64,000 nucleotides of DNA. It comes from the human T2T-CHM13v2.0 reference genome, Homo sapiens. Below, one piece after another: positions 15,736 to 32,111 of this stretch (its first letter is position 1; the number at the start of each line of letters is the position of its first letter). The stretch lies in assembly GCF_009914755.1 (NCBI RefSeq), contig NC_060926.1; one strand, written 5' to 3'. The translations under genes were made by a program, and so were the position numbers. A model generated the notes under the pieces. That model did no database searches. It was not told the DNA's origin and saw nothing but the letters and a program-made list of their open reading frames with translations.

Positions 15736-17713
15736 TTTTTGCAGTTTTTGACTTAAAGTCTGTTTTATCTAACATAGGTATAGCTACTCCTGTTCATTTT
15801 AAATTTCTGTTTGCATAGAATATCTTTTTCCATTTCTTCACTTTCAGTCTATATCTCTTTACAGGTGAAATGAGTTTCTTGTAGGCAGCATATAGTTGGG
15901 TTATTAAAATTCATTTAGCTGGTCTATATATTTTAAGTGGGAAATTTAATTTGTTTACATTCAGGATTATTATTGATAGGTGAGGACTTACTCTTATCAT
16001 TCTGTTGTTTTCTGGTTGTTTTGTATATCTTGTCTTCCTCTCTTCTGTTATTGTTTATCATTGCAGTTTGGTAGTTTTTTGTAGTTGTTACATTTGAGTC
16101 CTTTCTTTTATTTATGTGTCTGCTCTACCAACAAGTTTTACATTTTTCTATGTTTTAATGATGGTAGATATCATGCTTTTGCCTCAAGATGTAGAACTCC
16201 CTTAAGCATTTCTTGTAGGGCCAATCTCTACGGGTGATGAATTCTCTCATTTATTTCTCCTTATATTTTTGAAAAGTAGCATTGCTGAGTATAGTATTCT
16301 TGGTTGACAGGTTTTTCCCCCCCAGCCCCCCGCCCAACCCCCTGCCCACTGCTTTCAGCACTTTAAATATATCATCCATACCATTTTCTGCTGTCCTGTA
16401 AGGTTTCTGCTGAGAAATCTGTTGTTACTCTGATGGAGATTTCCTTATATGTGGCTTGATGCTTTTCTCTGTCTGTTTTTAGAATTCTCTTTGTCTATGA
16501 CTTTTCATAGTTTGACTATAATATGCCTTGGGGAAGAATTTTTTGGGTTAAATTTATTTGGGAACCTTTGAACCTCTTGTATGCAGGTGTCCAGTTGTCT
16601 TGCAAGTCTTGAGAAGTTTTAGGCTATTATATCATTAAATAAGTTTTATATGTTTTTGCCTACTTCCTTTTCTGAAACTCCAAAACTTTGAATAGTTGCT
16701 TTATGATTTCCTATTTGTCACATAGGCTTTCTTTCTTTACTTCTTTCTTTCTTTCTTTAATCTGACTGAGCTATTTTTTAAAAATTTCAGCTTGAGCTAG
16801 TCTATTGTCAAAGCTCTCAATTATATTTTTTATTTCATTCAATGAATTCTTCAGTTCCAGGATTTTTGTGTGATTCATTTTTGTGATATCTATCTTTTTT
16901 TGAATTTCTCATTCAGATCATGTATTGTTTTTCTGATTTCTTTGTATTACTTATCTGTATTCTCTTGTGTCTCACTGAATTTCTTTAATATCATTATGTT
17001 AAATTATTTTTCAGGTGTTTACGATTTGCTTTTTGTTGGATTCTGTTGCTGGAGAATTATTGTGTTTCTTTGGAAGTGTCAAGTTTCTTTCTTATGTTTT
17101 TTTTTTGGTCTTTACATTGATATCTGTGCATCTAGTGTAACAGTCACTTCTTCCAATTTTATGGATTAGCTTCTGGAGGGAAAGACTTTTTTCTGTAGGT
17201 GTGTCTATGGTGTTGGTTGGGTACGGTGTTTTGGCTTTGATTATGGGTGGGCGCAGTAGTGTAGTCTTCCTATGATTTGTCAGCTATAATCAGTGTCAAT
17301 GATGTCTGTAAGTTGCACAGTAGCTTAGGCTATGGTTGTTAATGGAGGCTGTGGTCAGGTTTTGCTAGGGACAAGGATGCCAGGAGGGCTGGTCCTCAGG
17401 CACCAGTGGTGGTGGTGGGCTGGGTGTGTTGGTCCTTGGGTTTCCAGGTAGTGTATGCAGGCACCAGTTGTAGTGGGTCCAGGCAAGCTGATTCTTGGGC
17501 CTTCAGGTGGCTTTCTTGGGTGCCAGCAGTGGTATCAGTGGGTTCATTAGGTGATCAAGTCCTCAGGCCCCTAGGTTGTGTGTGTGGCATCAGCAGTGGC
17601 AGTAGCAGTGCAAAGTTAACCCTTAGGCCCCCAAGCATCACATGCGGGTGCGAGCAGCATTGGCAGTGAGCTAAGCAGACCCCAGGCCCCCAGATGGCTC
17701 ATATAGAAGGGTG

Positions 17714-17740
17714 CTGCTGCTGCTGCTGCTGGTGGTGGTG
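17714..17740 (+). repeat. (CTG)6(GTG)3 compound microsatellite in L1 5' region
   Basis: ctgctgctgctgctgctggtggtggtg read directly. Confidence 0.9.
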
Positions 17741-18069
17741 GCAGGCTGGGTAGGCCAGTCCCTAGTCCTCTAGGAGACGTGTATGGGCAGCGGTGGCAGG
17801 TGGGGTGTGCTTGTCTTCAGGCTCCCTGATGGTGAACGTGAATGTCAGTGGCAGCACGAAGGGTAGGATGATCCCCAGATCCCTAGGCCCCTGGATGATG
17901 TGACTGGGCACTGACAGGAGTGGCAGTGGGCTGAACAGGCCTGTTTTTAGAGCTCCCAGTGGTGTGTGTGGGCACCACTGTGGTGGGCCAGTTGGGCCCA
18001 GTAACTTGTCATCTTTCAACTTTGGTCTTTTTTTAGTAAAAAGGCATAGTAGCATACTTATTTTTAACA

Positions 18070-18635
18070 CTCAGGGTTCTTAGTTGTAAGCAATAGTACC
18101 TGACTGTGGCTGATTGAACAGATAAAGAGCTAATTAAAAAGATTATTGCCTGTACAAAGTAGTTGGGAGAGGCAGGCTTGAGGCTAAGCTTCTGGGGTCA
18201 AGGCCTGACACTATGCTGCAGAAGTGACCCAATAAAGAAGCTGATGATCTTGCTTTCCCTCAGAGCATGAAATGGCTGCTAGGACCTCAAACTCTACTGC
18301 AGCTCTGCCAGCACTGATACTTCTGGACCAGGAACTGATCTTACAACAACTGGTTCCCCAGAAAACTAGATGAGCCTGTTACCACCCTTGTCAGCAAATG
18401 AGTCCCAGGCATCACGCCCTTCCTCTGGCTAATTACTTCTAATTAACTTCTAGGTTGGGTACATCTTAGTGGCAGATCCTGGGCTTCATGCCTGTGTTCC
18501 AACTACCAAGGTCTCTAGGGAAGCAAATTTTCTGACTTTACTCTGAGGACACAAAACTCACAAGATGGGAAATTCCCCGAACATAGTAAGATGCACAAAA
18601 GGTGTGAGGCAGCCAGAAAATATAACATATGTTAT
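18070..18635 (-). mobile_element. Ancient MLT1(M/N2/O)-like solo LTR
   Basis: 'tcagggttcttagttgtaagcaatag...' and 'gggaaattcccc...ggcagccagaaaa' typical of old MLT1 LTRs in reverse. Confidence 0.65.
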
Positions 18636-20329
18636 CTCTCCAAGAATTGTAAAGACTAAGTGTTATGTCAAGTATTTGGCATGCCTATGAGTTCAATATT
18701 TTTTTGTTTCCTTTTCTTTTTTTCTTTATCAGAAATATCCATTTTATCATCAGGTTAACCCCCCAGCCTGGCTTTTGCTTAGGTAGGATTTATAAATAGT
18801 GTGGAATAGAGCCTTTCACCCAGGATGAGGACACATGGAAGGGTCTCCACTTTGTACTGCCAATCCCTGGATGGACCTGACCTGTTGGCTTCTGACCCTA
18901 GTCCACCCTAACCCATGAAACCTGTTCATTCTTTCCTGTAATATTTGACCTTTTGATTCCTACACCATTGGCTTGCTCATGACCACAGCAACCCACTGAC
19001 ATCCCCCTTTCCATTTTGTCTTAATCTCTTGGCACTTAGACTTTTAGTTTATAATGAAACCTGATAGCTGTTTGATTCTTTCCTAGCTCTGACTTATGAA
19101 CAGCTTACACAGCATTCTCTTATTTTGCATAATTATTGAAGGAGAGCTACTAAGAAATATTTGGTTGTATCTATTTCTTTTTCTTTTTAGATTTATAAAA
19201 TAAATTTTCTATCTGTAATGAAAGTGAAGTGAAGAAGGTCTGAAGAGGAGATAAAGACAAAGGGAACAGTTACCAAATGTTTTCCCTATTACTTACCCCA
19301 GTGTTCTACTCCTCTTCCTAAGAAATATTCATTGAGACTTTATACAGAAAGGGAAAAATCCCCCAAACCAAAGCCAAAACAAAACTTGATTGAAGCAGTA
19401 AGTATCTTTCTTACTGACATTTTTTCCCCCCAGACTCTTTTAAGACAGCTTCTGCTTTCTCTTTCATGAAAACTACCCTCACTAAGTTGCCAAAATTTAT
19501 TTCCAACTTAAACAAAAGGGAGCATTCGCAACATTATCAGCCTGGTATCTAACTGCTGGGACTCTGGACTGAGTGAATGCCACGAGGAGCTGGGGAGAAA
19601 GCAGAATGATCATGTTCTACCATCATGGCTCAGGGAGCCAGGAATGATCTGTCCATGATTATTTGTTCAAATTATCCTAATATCTCTCAGCTTCACTTGG
19701 CAATCTGGGAAATGTTCTGCTCAGTTGGCTGGAAATGTCTTCGGAATTCTTTAGGCCTGTCTGTATCCTGGAACATGTGAGTTAGAAAAGTATACACAAA
19801 TAGATATGAAAGATGGTTCTTGTTCAGAGTTGTTTCAGTGCAGTGACTGACTCTTGGGTTAATGGCAATTGAAGCAAAGTCCTATTTTATATCATGGATT
19901 TCCTAGAGAGAGCCAGGAAGTTCCACCATAAAATGTTGCAAAGAGTCACCAGACATTTCTTGCTCAACTGAATGTCTCAAAATAAGGCATTATTAGAAAA
20001 AGCTGGAGGACATCAGATCAAAACAGCTATCACATCTTTAAGAAATGTAACTTAGAGTGTGGCCCCATCCATTTGCAACAGTGGGAGAACACGACCTAGA
20101 GTCAGGCCACTTTGAATCCCAGCTCTCCTACTTTTAGAAGAGCATTTTGGATGAGATATTGGTTCCACTATTATATAATTTCTTTGTTTTACAAAAGCAA
20201 AGGGCACAGTTAAAGTACAAATATATTATACCAGCATCCCTTTCTAGCATCTACATTAACTAAGATTCATTAGCTTCTCGGCCATAAAGGTCCTGAAAGA
20301 ATGGAATAGAGAGTGGTAATTCTACAGAG

Positions 20330-20979
20330 GGAACCGTTGGGAAATGCCTAGAGTATAATACCATGGAAATGGCAATTCTAGTTGGGGTGCTTAGGTTGTG
20401 GTCTCCTGTTGACCATGGGACAGCAGGAGGTCACTGGCATAGCCAAAATCATGCCAGGGTACTCAAAGAGAAATGGAAGGAAGCTCTCAGGCAGACTTCA
20501 TCTACGGTTAAATTTTGCCTACACTTGGCCCTGCTGAGCATACTTAGGTAAGCAGCAGGGGAAGCAGCAGTGGCAGATCAGAGAAAGTATTCTGTGGATA
20601 GGAATGGGAATGAACAGCCAGCATGTTCCTAGCTAGTTGATTTCATGCTGAAGGTATCCATGTTCACAGCCCTGTTGAAGAAGGAGATCCCAGACTTGCT
20701 GCCAAGTTTCATCATGGGGCAGTAAGGACCTTATTCTTTCAGGTTCAGTGGTTTTGGCCCAGCTGCAGGAATAACTTGTGCATGGATTGGCAATAGAAAC
20801 AATTGGAAAGCTACTGGATAAGGACCAGGTGGATGCAAACCTCTCTGCCCCTTTAATATGTGTCTGGTTGTTGGAGGGTTGGTCTGGTTAATTCTGGCAA
20901 ATCTGTCTGTGGGGCTTCTAAACCCAGCTTCTGGGAGCTCAAGGAACCTGCCTGTTCGCCTTGCCCTGGGTCTGTTACA
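20330..20979 (+). mobile_element. Possible ancient LTR (ERVL/Gypsy-like), unassigned
   Basis: Ends in GGGTCTGTTACA, LTR-like composition; family not recognised with certainty and 5' boundary approximate. Confidence 0.35.
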
Positions 20980-20986
20980 GGTTTTA

Positions 20987-21171
20987 TTTATTTATTTATT
21001 TACTTACTTACTTATTGTGAGACAGGTTATGAGACTGGCTAATTTTTGTATTTTTGGTAGAGATAGGGTTTCCTTATGTTTCCCTGGTCTTGAACTCCTG
21101 GGCTTAAGCAATCCACCTGCCTCGGCCTCCCAAAGTGGTGGGATTACAGGCATGAGCCATCGCTCCTGGCC
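20987..21171 (-). mobile_element. Alu with nearly the whole right arm deleted; (TTTA)/(CTTA)n tail
   Basis: Left monomer plus linker joined to the terminal 'gagacagg'; perfect 13 bp TSD GTTACAGGTTTTA (20974-20986, 21173-21185). Confidence 0.88.
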
Positions 21172-22343
21172 GGTTACAGGTTTTAAGAACAAGTTCTAAG
21201 AACAGTCTAAGATTTTTTGGAACTTCAATGCTGTGTTGAGAGCATAGGTGAAATATTTCCGTTAATACACTGTCATAAAATAGACTGGAAAAACAGGAAT
21301 GAGCTCTTTTATTCACCAGGTTCAGGAGGGGACACAGGTCCTGAGAAGGGCTGTGATTTTCCCAAGATAACCTGAAAAAGTTTTCCATAGAAGTGGAAAC
21401 TTCCAAAAAGGAATGAAAAATTAACTATGGGCATGGTTATTACCTCTCATCATCAGGCAGAGTTTACGCAGTAAACTATTGTCATTAAAAAGGGAACAAA
21501 TATCTTCCACATGCTTCAGAGTTTAACCCACTGTACAAAGACCATATTGCTAAGACACAATTTTACATAAATTCTGGCAGAAAGCCATTTTTTTTCCAGT
21601 TTAATGCAGCCCTAGATTTCATGGAAATAAAGTTTTGTTTGGGAGGGATAGTGATAGCTATTTATGCACAGCTAATTCTTGGGCCCTGAAATATAGCTCT
21701 GTACTTCCTGTCTTTCTAGGCTGACCATGACTCACTGAATAAGAATCCTTCAATTATTTTGAAAACAGCTGGCTAACTGCAATTTTTCTTCTGTCCTTCC
21801 ATTTCTGCCATTCATCAGTGTCACTTTCAGGCTTGAAACTGGCTTCTCTACTAGGGTCTCTCTTTCCGGGCAGCGCTTGGAGGTACAGCCACAGGGCATG
21901 TCCTTGCCCTGTAATGGTGCAGTTGTTCCTCCCCACGTTGAAGGGAGAGCCCTCATTCCCCATCTCAGATGAGGCCTCCAAGAAAAATGAACCAGGTCAA
22001 GACTGCATCTGGGTTGTGGCTGTGTTTTATTGGCTAATCTTTTGGCTTTTTTCCTTTAGATAAAGTTGATCGTTGCTCATCTTTAATTTTCAGTTTTTAT
22101 TTTCTCAGCAAGGGTCCATTTTGAGCATCTTCTCTTTTAACCAAGAAAGGATAGTTCTCTTGCAAATCAGATATCTCATTGTTGACAAAAAGGACCAGAT
22201 CCTTCCTTTTTCTCCCTCCTCAAATGTCTCCCTTTCCCAGCATAAACAAGCTGCTTTCATATAAAGACTTGATTGGCACTCAGGAGACATTTGTTTACTT
22301 ATTCAGTAAACACTTATCGGGGGTTTGCCTTAAGGAAAGGGAC

Positions 22344-22714
22344 TGCTATGGTTTGAATGATACTGTCCCCTCCAAAATTCATGTTGATCTTCAATGTGAC
22401 AGTATGAAGAGTTGTGACCTTTAGGAGGTGACTGCTCTCATGAATGGGATTAAATGCCCTTATAAAAGGACTCGATGCAAGGATTTCAATACTCTCTCCT
22501 CCCTTTGTCCCTTTCACCATGTGAAGACACTGTTCCTTTTTTCTGGAGGATGCACCAAGATGCCATCTTGGAAGCATAGAACTCCCCTCACCAGACAACA
22601 GAGCCAGCTGGTACCTTGATCCCAGTCTTCAGAGCTGGGAGAAATACATTTTTGTCCTTTATAAATTACTCAGTCTGTGGTATTCTGTTATAGCAGCGCA
22701 AATGAACTAAGAAG
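22344..22714 (+). mobile_element. MaLR solo LTR (MSTD/MLT1A-like)
   Basis: TGCTATGGTTTGAATG...TCCCCTCCAAAATTCATGTTG start; GGTATTCTGTTATAGCAGC...AACTAAGA end; 5 bp TSD GGGAC/GTGAC. Confidence 0.9.
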
Positions 22715-22822
22715 GTGACCAACTGCCCACTTTACCTGGGACTGCCCTGGCTTTAGGACTGAAAGTTCTACATCCCAGGAAACCCCTCAGTTTGGGGCAA
22801 ACTCAGGCAATTGGTCACTCCA
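22715..22822. mobile_element. MER81 hAT-Blackjack MITE
   Basis: GTGACCAACTG...GGGACTG...ACTGAAAG...GGAAACCCCTCAG...TTGGTCACTC; terminal inverted repeats. Confidence 0.8.
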
Positions 22823-22920
22823 ACCCTAAATCAAACACAGTCTAGGAGCTGGGTGTGTAACTGACCATGAGCTTCTTAGGCACTGTGTGACCTTCTGTGG
22901 TTCCACGTTCTTTTCTCACA

Positions 22921-23410
22921 GAGGAAAGCATACCATGGTGGAAAGGGCACTTAATTGGAACCTGGAACCATGGGCTCTGGTCTCAGCTTGGCCATTAAAG
23001 AGGCAGGGGCTTAAGGGCAGATCACTGAGCCTCAGTTTCCTCCTCGAAGAGTACAAACGTTGGGTTTGGTGTTCTTTGACTACTTTATCACCCAGAGTCT
23101 AAAGGCGATGTAGTAAACCAATTCACACTAATTAATATTCCTAGGTAAGTGTGAGTAGGTCATTAGATATGTTGACATTTGCTGATGATGCTAATATTTA
23201 CAAAGTCCTCATTCTATACCAGACATATCCATTGTTTAATTTCATCTTCACAACTTTTGATGTAGATGCTTCCTTTACTTTCATCTACAGATGGGGGACT
23301 CAGGCCAAGAAAGGTTACATAATTTGCCCCAAATCACAGAGAAGCTTATGGATCAAAGATCAGAACCTAGGAGGTCTGACTTCCAAATCCAAACTTGAAC
23401 TGCTGCGCCC
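22921..23410. mobile_element. Two MIR remnants (plus ~22921-23100, minus ~23190-23410)
   Basis: 'tgagcctcagtttcctc' and 'acagatggggactcaggccaagaaaggttacataatttgcccc' MIR cores. Confidence 0.7.
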
Positions 23411-24339
23411 ACTGGCTAGAGATAAGTCAACAGTTGAAATGAACAGGCTAATTGTTTCCCCCTCAAAGCACTGGAAAAAGGAAACAGCAGCTATTTGGAA
23501 TGAGATTTTTGCATCCTGGTCTGCTAAAGATCATGGTCCTGAAAAACAGAGCATGGTATCTGAGAAATTAGTGTTCTTAGTTTATAGAAGGGCCCCTCCC
23601 TGTTCTATAGGACTAGCTAAAGGGTGGTAGAACCAGATTGAGCGTTAGAGCATTCTCCATCCCCTACACCTCTCTTTCCATTTTGGGTAACTTGAGGACA
23701 TTCTCCACACTCCCTGCAAGATCTGTAAAGTACTTTAGGTGCTGTTAGCAAGGTTCAGAGGGTCACTACCAGCTGATCCCACTGCTTCTCACTGTTGGCC
23801 TGAAAAACAATTCCATTTAGATCTGGATTGCCTAAAAGTTTGTGTGTGTGTGTAAAGGGTGTAGAAGGATTACTACTAGACACGATTCTTCTCTTTTTTT
23901 AGAAAGAATAATTTGAAATACAAACAAAATAAGGCTGTGGGGTCTTATTCCCAGCAGCTGGCAGACTTTCACTTAATTAAACTACCGTGATTGCTTTATT
24001 CATATATTTTGCTTGCCCCCATTCTCTTCCTCTCTGACTCCTTATAAAAACAATACTATTTCATGAAGGGAGAAATTAAATGCTGTTAGTCTTTAAGACC
24101 AACACTAATTAACAGCATTTATTTTTACTGTGATTGCCTACGTGAAAGTATGCAAAAGTAAATTTATATTCTGAGAATGTGGTTGCTTTGGTCTGAAGCG
24201 GTAAAGGGAATTAACTGTTCCTGGGAACTCATCATTCTTTGCTTGAAATTCTCCAGAGAGCAGTGAAACACCAGTGCCAGGGGCAGAATATAGAAACAAG
24301 GGCCGAATGCTGTGGCCAATTGAGCTGCCAGCCACCAGT

Positions 24340-24908
24340 ATGATCATTCTCAAATCCAGGTCTGACCTACTTTCTCTCCTGTTGCAAAACCTGAGATGGA
24401 TCTCCTGCCTGCTGGGTCAAGGTGAAGCTCCTCAGCCTGGCATTTAAAACATTTTGCAGTCTGGCTCCCTCTCTCTCCAGCCTTATCTCCCTGTACTCAC
24501 CACTGCATGCCAATGCTCCGATTGTAGCCCTGCCCCTCATCATTCTTTTTACATCTCTGTGGCTTTTTGGAAATGACTCCCTTTTGTTTTAAGGCCTTCC
24601 ACACCCACCACACCCGTGCTACCTGGTGAGTCTTGTCATCCTTTAAATTGAAGGTTGGAGCTTGCCTTTTCTGTGCAGCCTGTCTGAACTCCCCCGGCAA
24701 AGTTAGTTTCTCCCTCCCCTGTGCTCCCACACTACTTTGCATATTTTTATCAGAGCATTTATCACAATGTATTGTAATGTTATTGGCATGGCTGTCTCCT
24801 TCATTAAACTGTGTCCTATTTATTCTTGTTATCCACTTCCAATTTCAGGGTCTGGCACAATCCTGTCACATAGAAATACTTAATAGATGCTTATTGAATG
24901 ACTGAATT
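24340..24908 (+). mobile_element. L2 LINE 3' fragment
   Basis: 'ctcctcagcctggcatttaa' ... 'tctggcacaatcctgtcacatag...aatagatgcttattgaatgactgaat' L2 3' terminus. Confidence 0.8.
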
Positions 24909-25379
24909 ATGGCTGTTATTATATGTCAATTAATATTTACTGTGTGTTTACTATGTGCAAAGCCTCATGTGTGCTGTGTTTGCCTGTGTATTGAGAAAGG
25001 GAGAGACATATGTAATGTGGGTCACAGTCCTAAAGAAACATAAAATTCTGTGTGAGACAAAAAATTAAAAAGCAAAGCAGAAGGACCTAAACATTATACC
25101 TAGATACAGGTATAGTCAACCCTCCACATCTGTGGGTTCCACAACCATGGGATTCCACATCCGTGGATTCAATCAACTGTTGGTCCAAAATATTTGGGGA
25201 AAAAATGGTTGGTTGCATCTGTACTGAACATGTACAGACTTTTTCCTTGTCCTTATTCCCTAAACAATACAGGATAGCAATTATTTACATAGCATTTACA
25301 TTGTATTAGCTATTATAAGGAATCTAGAGATGATTCAAAGTATACGAGAAGAGGTGTGTAGGTTATATGCAAATACTAC

Positions 25380-26021
25380 TGTTATCGGGAAGGGGTCCTG
25401 ATTCAGACGCCAAGAGAGGGTTCTTGGACCTCGTGCAAAAAAGAATTCAGGGCGAATCCATAGAGTAAAGTGAAAACAAGTTTATTAAGAAAGTAAAGGA
25501 ATAAAAGAATGGCTACTCCAAAGACAGAACAGTGGCTTGGGCTGCTCGCTTATTATACTTATAGTTATTTCTTGATTATATGCTAAACAATGGATGGATT
25601 ATTCATGAGTTTTCCGGGAAAGGGGTGGGCAGTTCCCAGAACTGAGGGTTCCTGCCCTTTTTAGATCATATAGGGTAACTTCTGGACATTGCCAGGGCAT
25701 CTGTAAATTGTCATGGAGCTGGTGGAAGTGTCTTTTAGCATGCTAATGTATTATAATTAGCATATAATGAACAGTGAGGACAACCAGAAGTCACTTTCAT
25801 CACCATCTTGGTTTTGGTGGGTTTTGGCCAGCTTCTTTACCGCAATCTATTTTCCTGTTTTAGCAGTAAGGTCTTTGTGACGTGTGTCTTGTGCCGACAT
25901 CCTATCTCATCCTGTGCCTTAGAATGTCTAACCTACTGGGCATGCAGCCCAGTAGGTCTCAGCCTTATTTTACCCAGCCCCTATTCAAGATGGAGTAGCT
26001 CTGGTTCAAACACCTCTGACA
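25380..26021 (-). mobile_element. MER41B-like ERV1 solo LTR
   Basis: Minus strand begins TGTCAGAGGTGTTTGAACCAGAGCTACTCCATCTTGAATAGG (MER41 5' end); 642 bp; 4 bp TSD CTAC/CTGC. Confidence 0.92.
25612..25641. promoter_or_regulatory. Tandem STAT GAS motifs (TTCCGGGAA, TTCCCAGAA) in MER41B
   Basis: Two perfect TTCN3GAA sites at 25612-25620 and 25633-25641; function untested. Confidence 0.65.
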
Positions 26022-26598
26022 CTGCTGTATTTTATAAAAGGAACTTGAGCATCCATGGATTTTGGTATCTGCAGGGGGTCCTGGAACCAATTCCCCATGA
26101 AAACTGAGAGACAACTGTGTATAGTTATGAAAGCATGGAAGAGGGGAGAGTCATTTGAATTGGGGTTGGGGCAGGAGGGCAGCATCACAAAATAGGTGGC
26201 ATAGGGTTTGATGGATATAGAAATAGTGGAGGGGAGAGGGAATCTAGATTGAGGAAACAGTAGGAACAAAGGCATGAAGATAAAGGCGTAGTAATTTCCA
26301 TGGAACAAAAGGGCTGGAGAGTTCTGGTCTCACCATAACTAGGGAGATTGCATACTTTTAAAAAATCTGAAATAAATCCCATTAATATCAATAAGTACAT
26401 TTTCCCTAGTTGCCTATATTTGCATCCTCTAAGCAGGAGTGGTGATTAATCATCTCCAAATTGCTCAAGGATATGAAACAGGGTGCTCATAAGTCTTTAG
26501 CAGCAGGAAATGCCTGTTGCAAATAAACTATTTACAATTTACTTTGTGAGCATCATTTCTGTTGGGACTGTGCAGCAGATAACAACAGTAGGTGTTAG

Positions 26599-26963
<365 letters not shown>

Positions 26964-26969
26964 GTGACA

Positions 26970-27284
26970 TTTTTTTTTTCTTTTAGAGACAGAGTCTCAC
27001 TCTGTTGCCCAGGCTGGAATGCAATGGCACAATCATAGCTCCCTGCAGACTTGAACTACTGGGCTCAGGAGATCCTCCCACCACAGCCTCCCAAATAGCT
27101 GGGACTATAAGCACATATTGCCATAACCAGCTAAATAAAGTTTTTTGTTTTTTTTTTTTTTTTTTGTAGAGAACTGTCCTTGCCACATTGCCCAGGCTGG
27201 TCTTGAACTCCTGGTCTGAAGGAATCCTCCCACTTCAGTCTCCCAAAGTGCTGGGATTACAGACGTAAGCCACCATGCCCAGCC
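26970..27284 (-). mobile_element. AluJ SINE (tandem with previous Alu)
   Basis: 'cacaatcatagctcc', 'ctgggctcagg'; expanded central T-tract. Confidence 0.93.
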
Positions 27285-27399
27285 CAGTTTTAGGCTTTTA
27301 ACATATACCCAGAAAGCACAAAGTTGATTAATAATTTACACTACAGTTATATTTTTAAAATTAAAAGAAACAACCCTAAAATGTGGCCCTTAGTATTTC

Positions 27400-27705
27400 T
27401 TTTCTTTCTTTTTTTTTAATTTTTGAGACAGAGTCTTGCTCTATCGCTCAGGCTGGAGTGCAGTGGCATGATCTCAGCTCACCGCAACCTCTGCCCCACC
27501 GGGGTCAAGTGATTCTTTTGCTTCAGCCTCCCAAGTAGCTGGGATTACAGGTGCACGCCACCACGCCTGGCTAATTTTTGTATTTTTAGTAGAGACGGGG
27601 TTTCACCATGTTGGTCAGGCTGCTCTGGAACTCCTGACCTCAAGTAATCCACCTGCGTGGACTCCCAAAGCGCTGGGATTACAGGCGTGAGCCACCATGC
27701 CTGGC
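27400..27705 (-). mobile_element. AluS SINE
   Basis: Reverse dimer; TSD t(t/c)agtatttcttt. Confidence 0.95.
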
Positions 27706-28230
27706 TCAGTATTTCTTTATGAAAATAAAATATTAAAAAATCAAATATAAATGCTATAAATGAACCAACCAGGAATTGTACATGGTCAGTTTCTAATTTC
27801 AGGATGGAAGGCGTTGAATTTGCTGTCATTTATGTTAAAAACTTGTAAACTTTAACTCATGGATCCACCATTATTAACAATATTCATAAAGTCCCCAGTG
27901 TGGCTTGTATAAAGTATGGCTTGTATAATGTGAGGCTTGTCAAAGCACTATTACATAGGCATTGTTGCTACATTATGGGTGCAATCATTTTATTTTATCT
28001 TATTTTATTTATTTATTTGTTTTTTATTATTCTTTAAGTTCTAGAGTACATGTGCACAACGTGCAGGTTTGTTACATATGTATACATGTGCCATATTGAT
28101 GTGCTGCACCCATTAACTTGTCATTTACATTAGGTATATCTCCTAATGCTATCCCTCCCCCTCTCCCCCCACCCCACGACAGGCCCCAGTGTGTGATGTT
28201 CCCCTTCCTGTGTCCAAGTGTTCTCATTGT

Positions 28231-32051
<3,821 letters not shown>

Positions 32052-32111
32052 TACGTTAGCTAGTTATTTTGCTCATTAGTTGATGCAGTTTCTTCCTAGC
32101 ATTGATGGTCT

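Larger units (their letters stand above)
25113..26117 (-). mobile_element. MER2 (Tigger/TcMar) DNA transposon split by MER41 LTR
   Basis: 'tagtcaaccctccacatctgtgggttcc...ccgtggattcaa' and 'gggggtcctggaaccaattcccc...gacaactg' termini; TA at left flank. Confidence 0.88.

Noticed and set aside
23151-23630. 159 aa ORF
   Set aside because: GTG start, first half overlaps a MIR, no recognisable homology or exon structure
27899-27941. Three ~16 bp GGCTTGT(A/C) units; also the 14 bp duplication at 2566-2593
   Set aside because: Ordinary short tandem duplications with no functional indication
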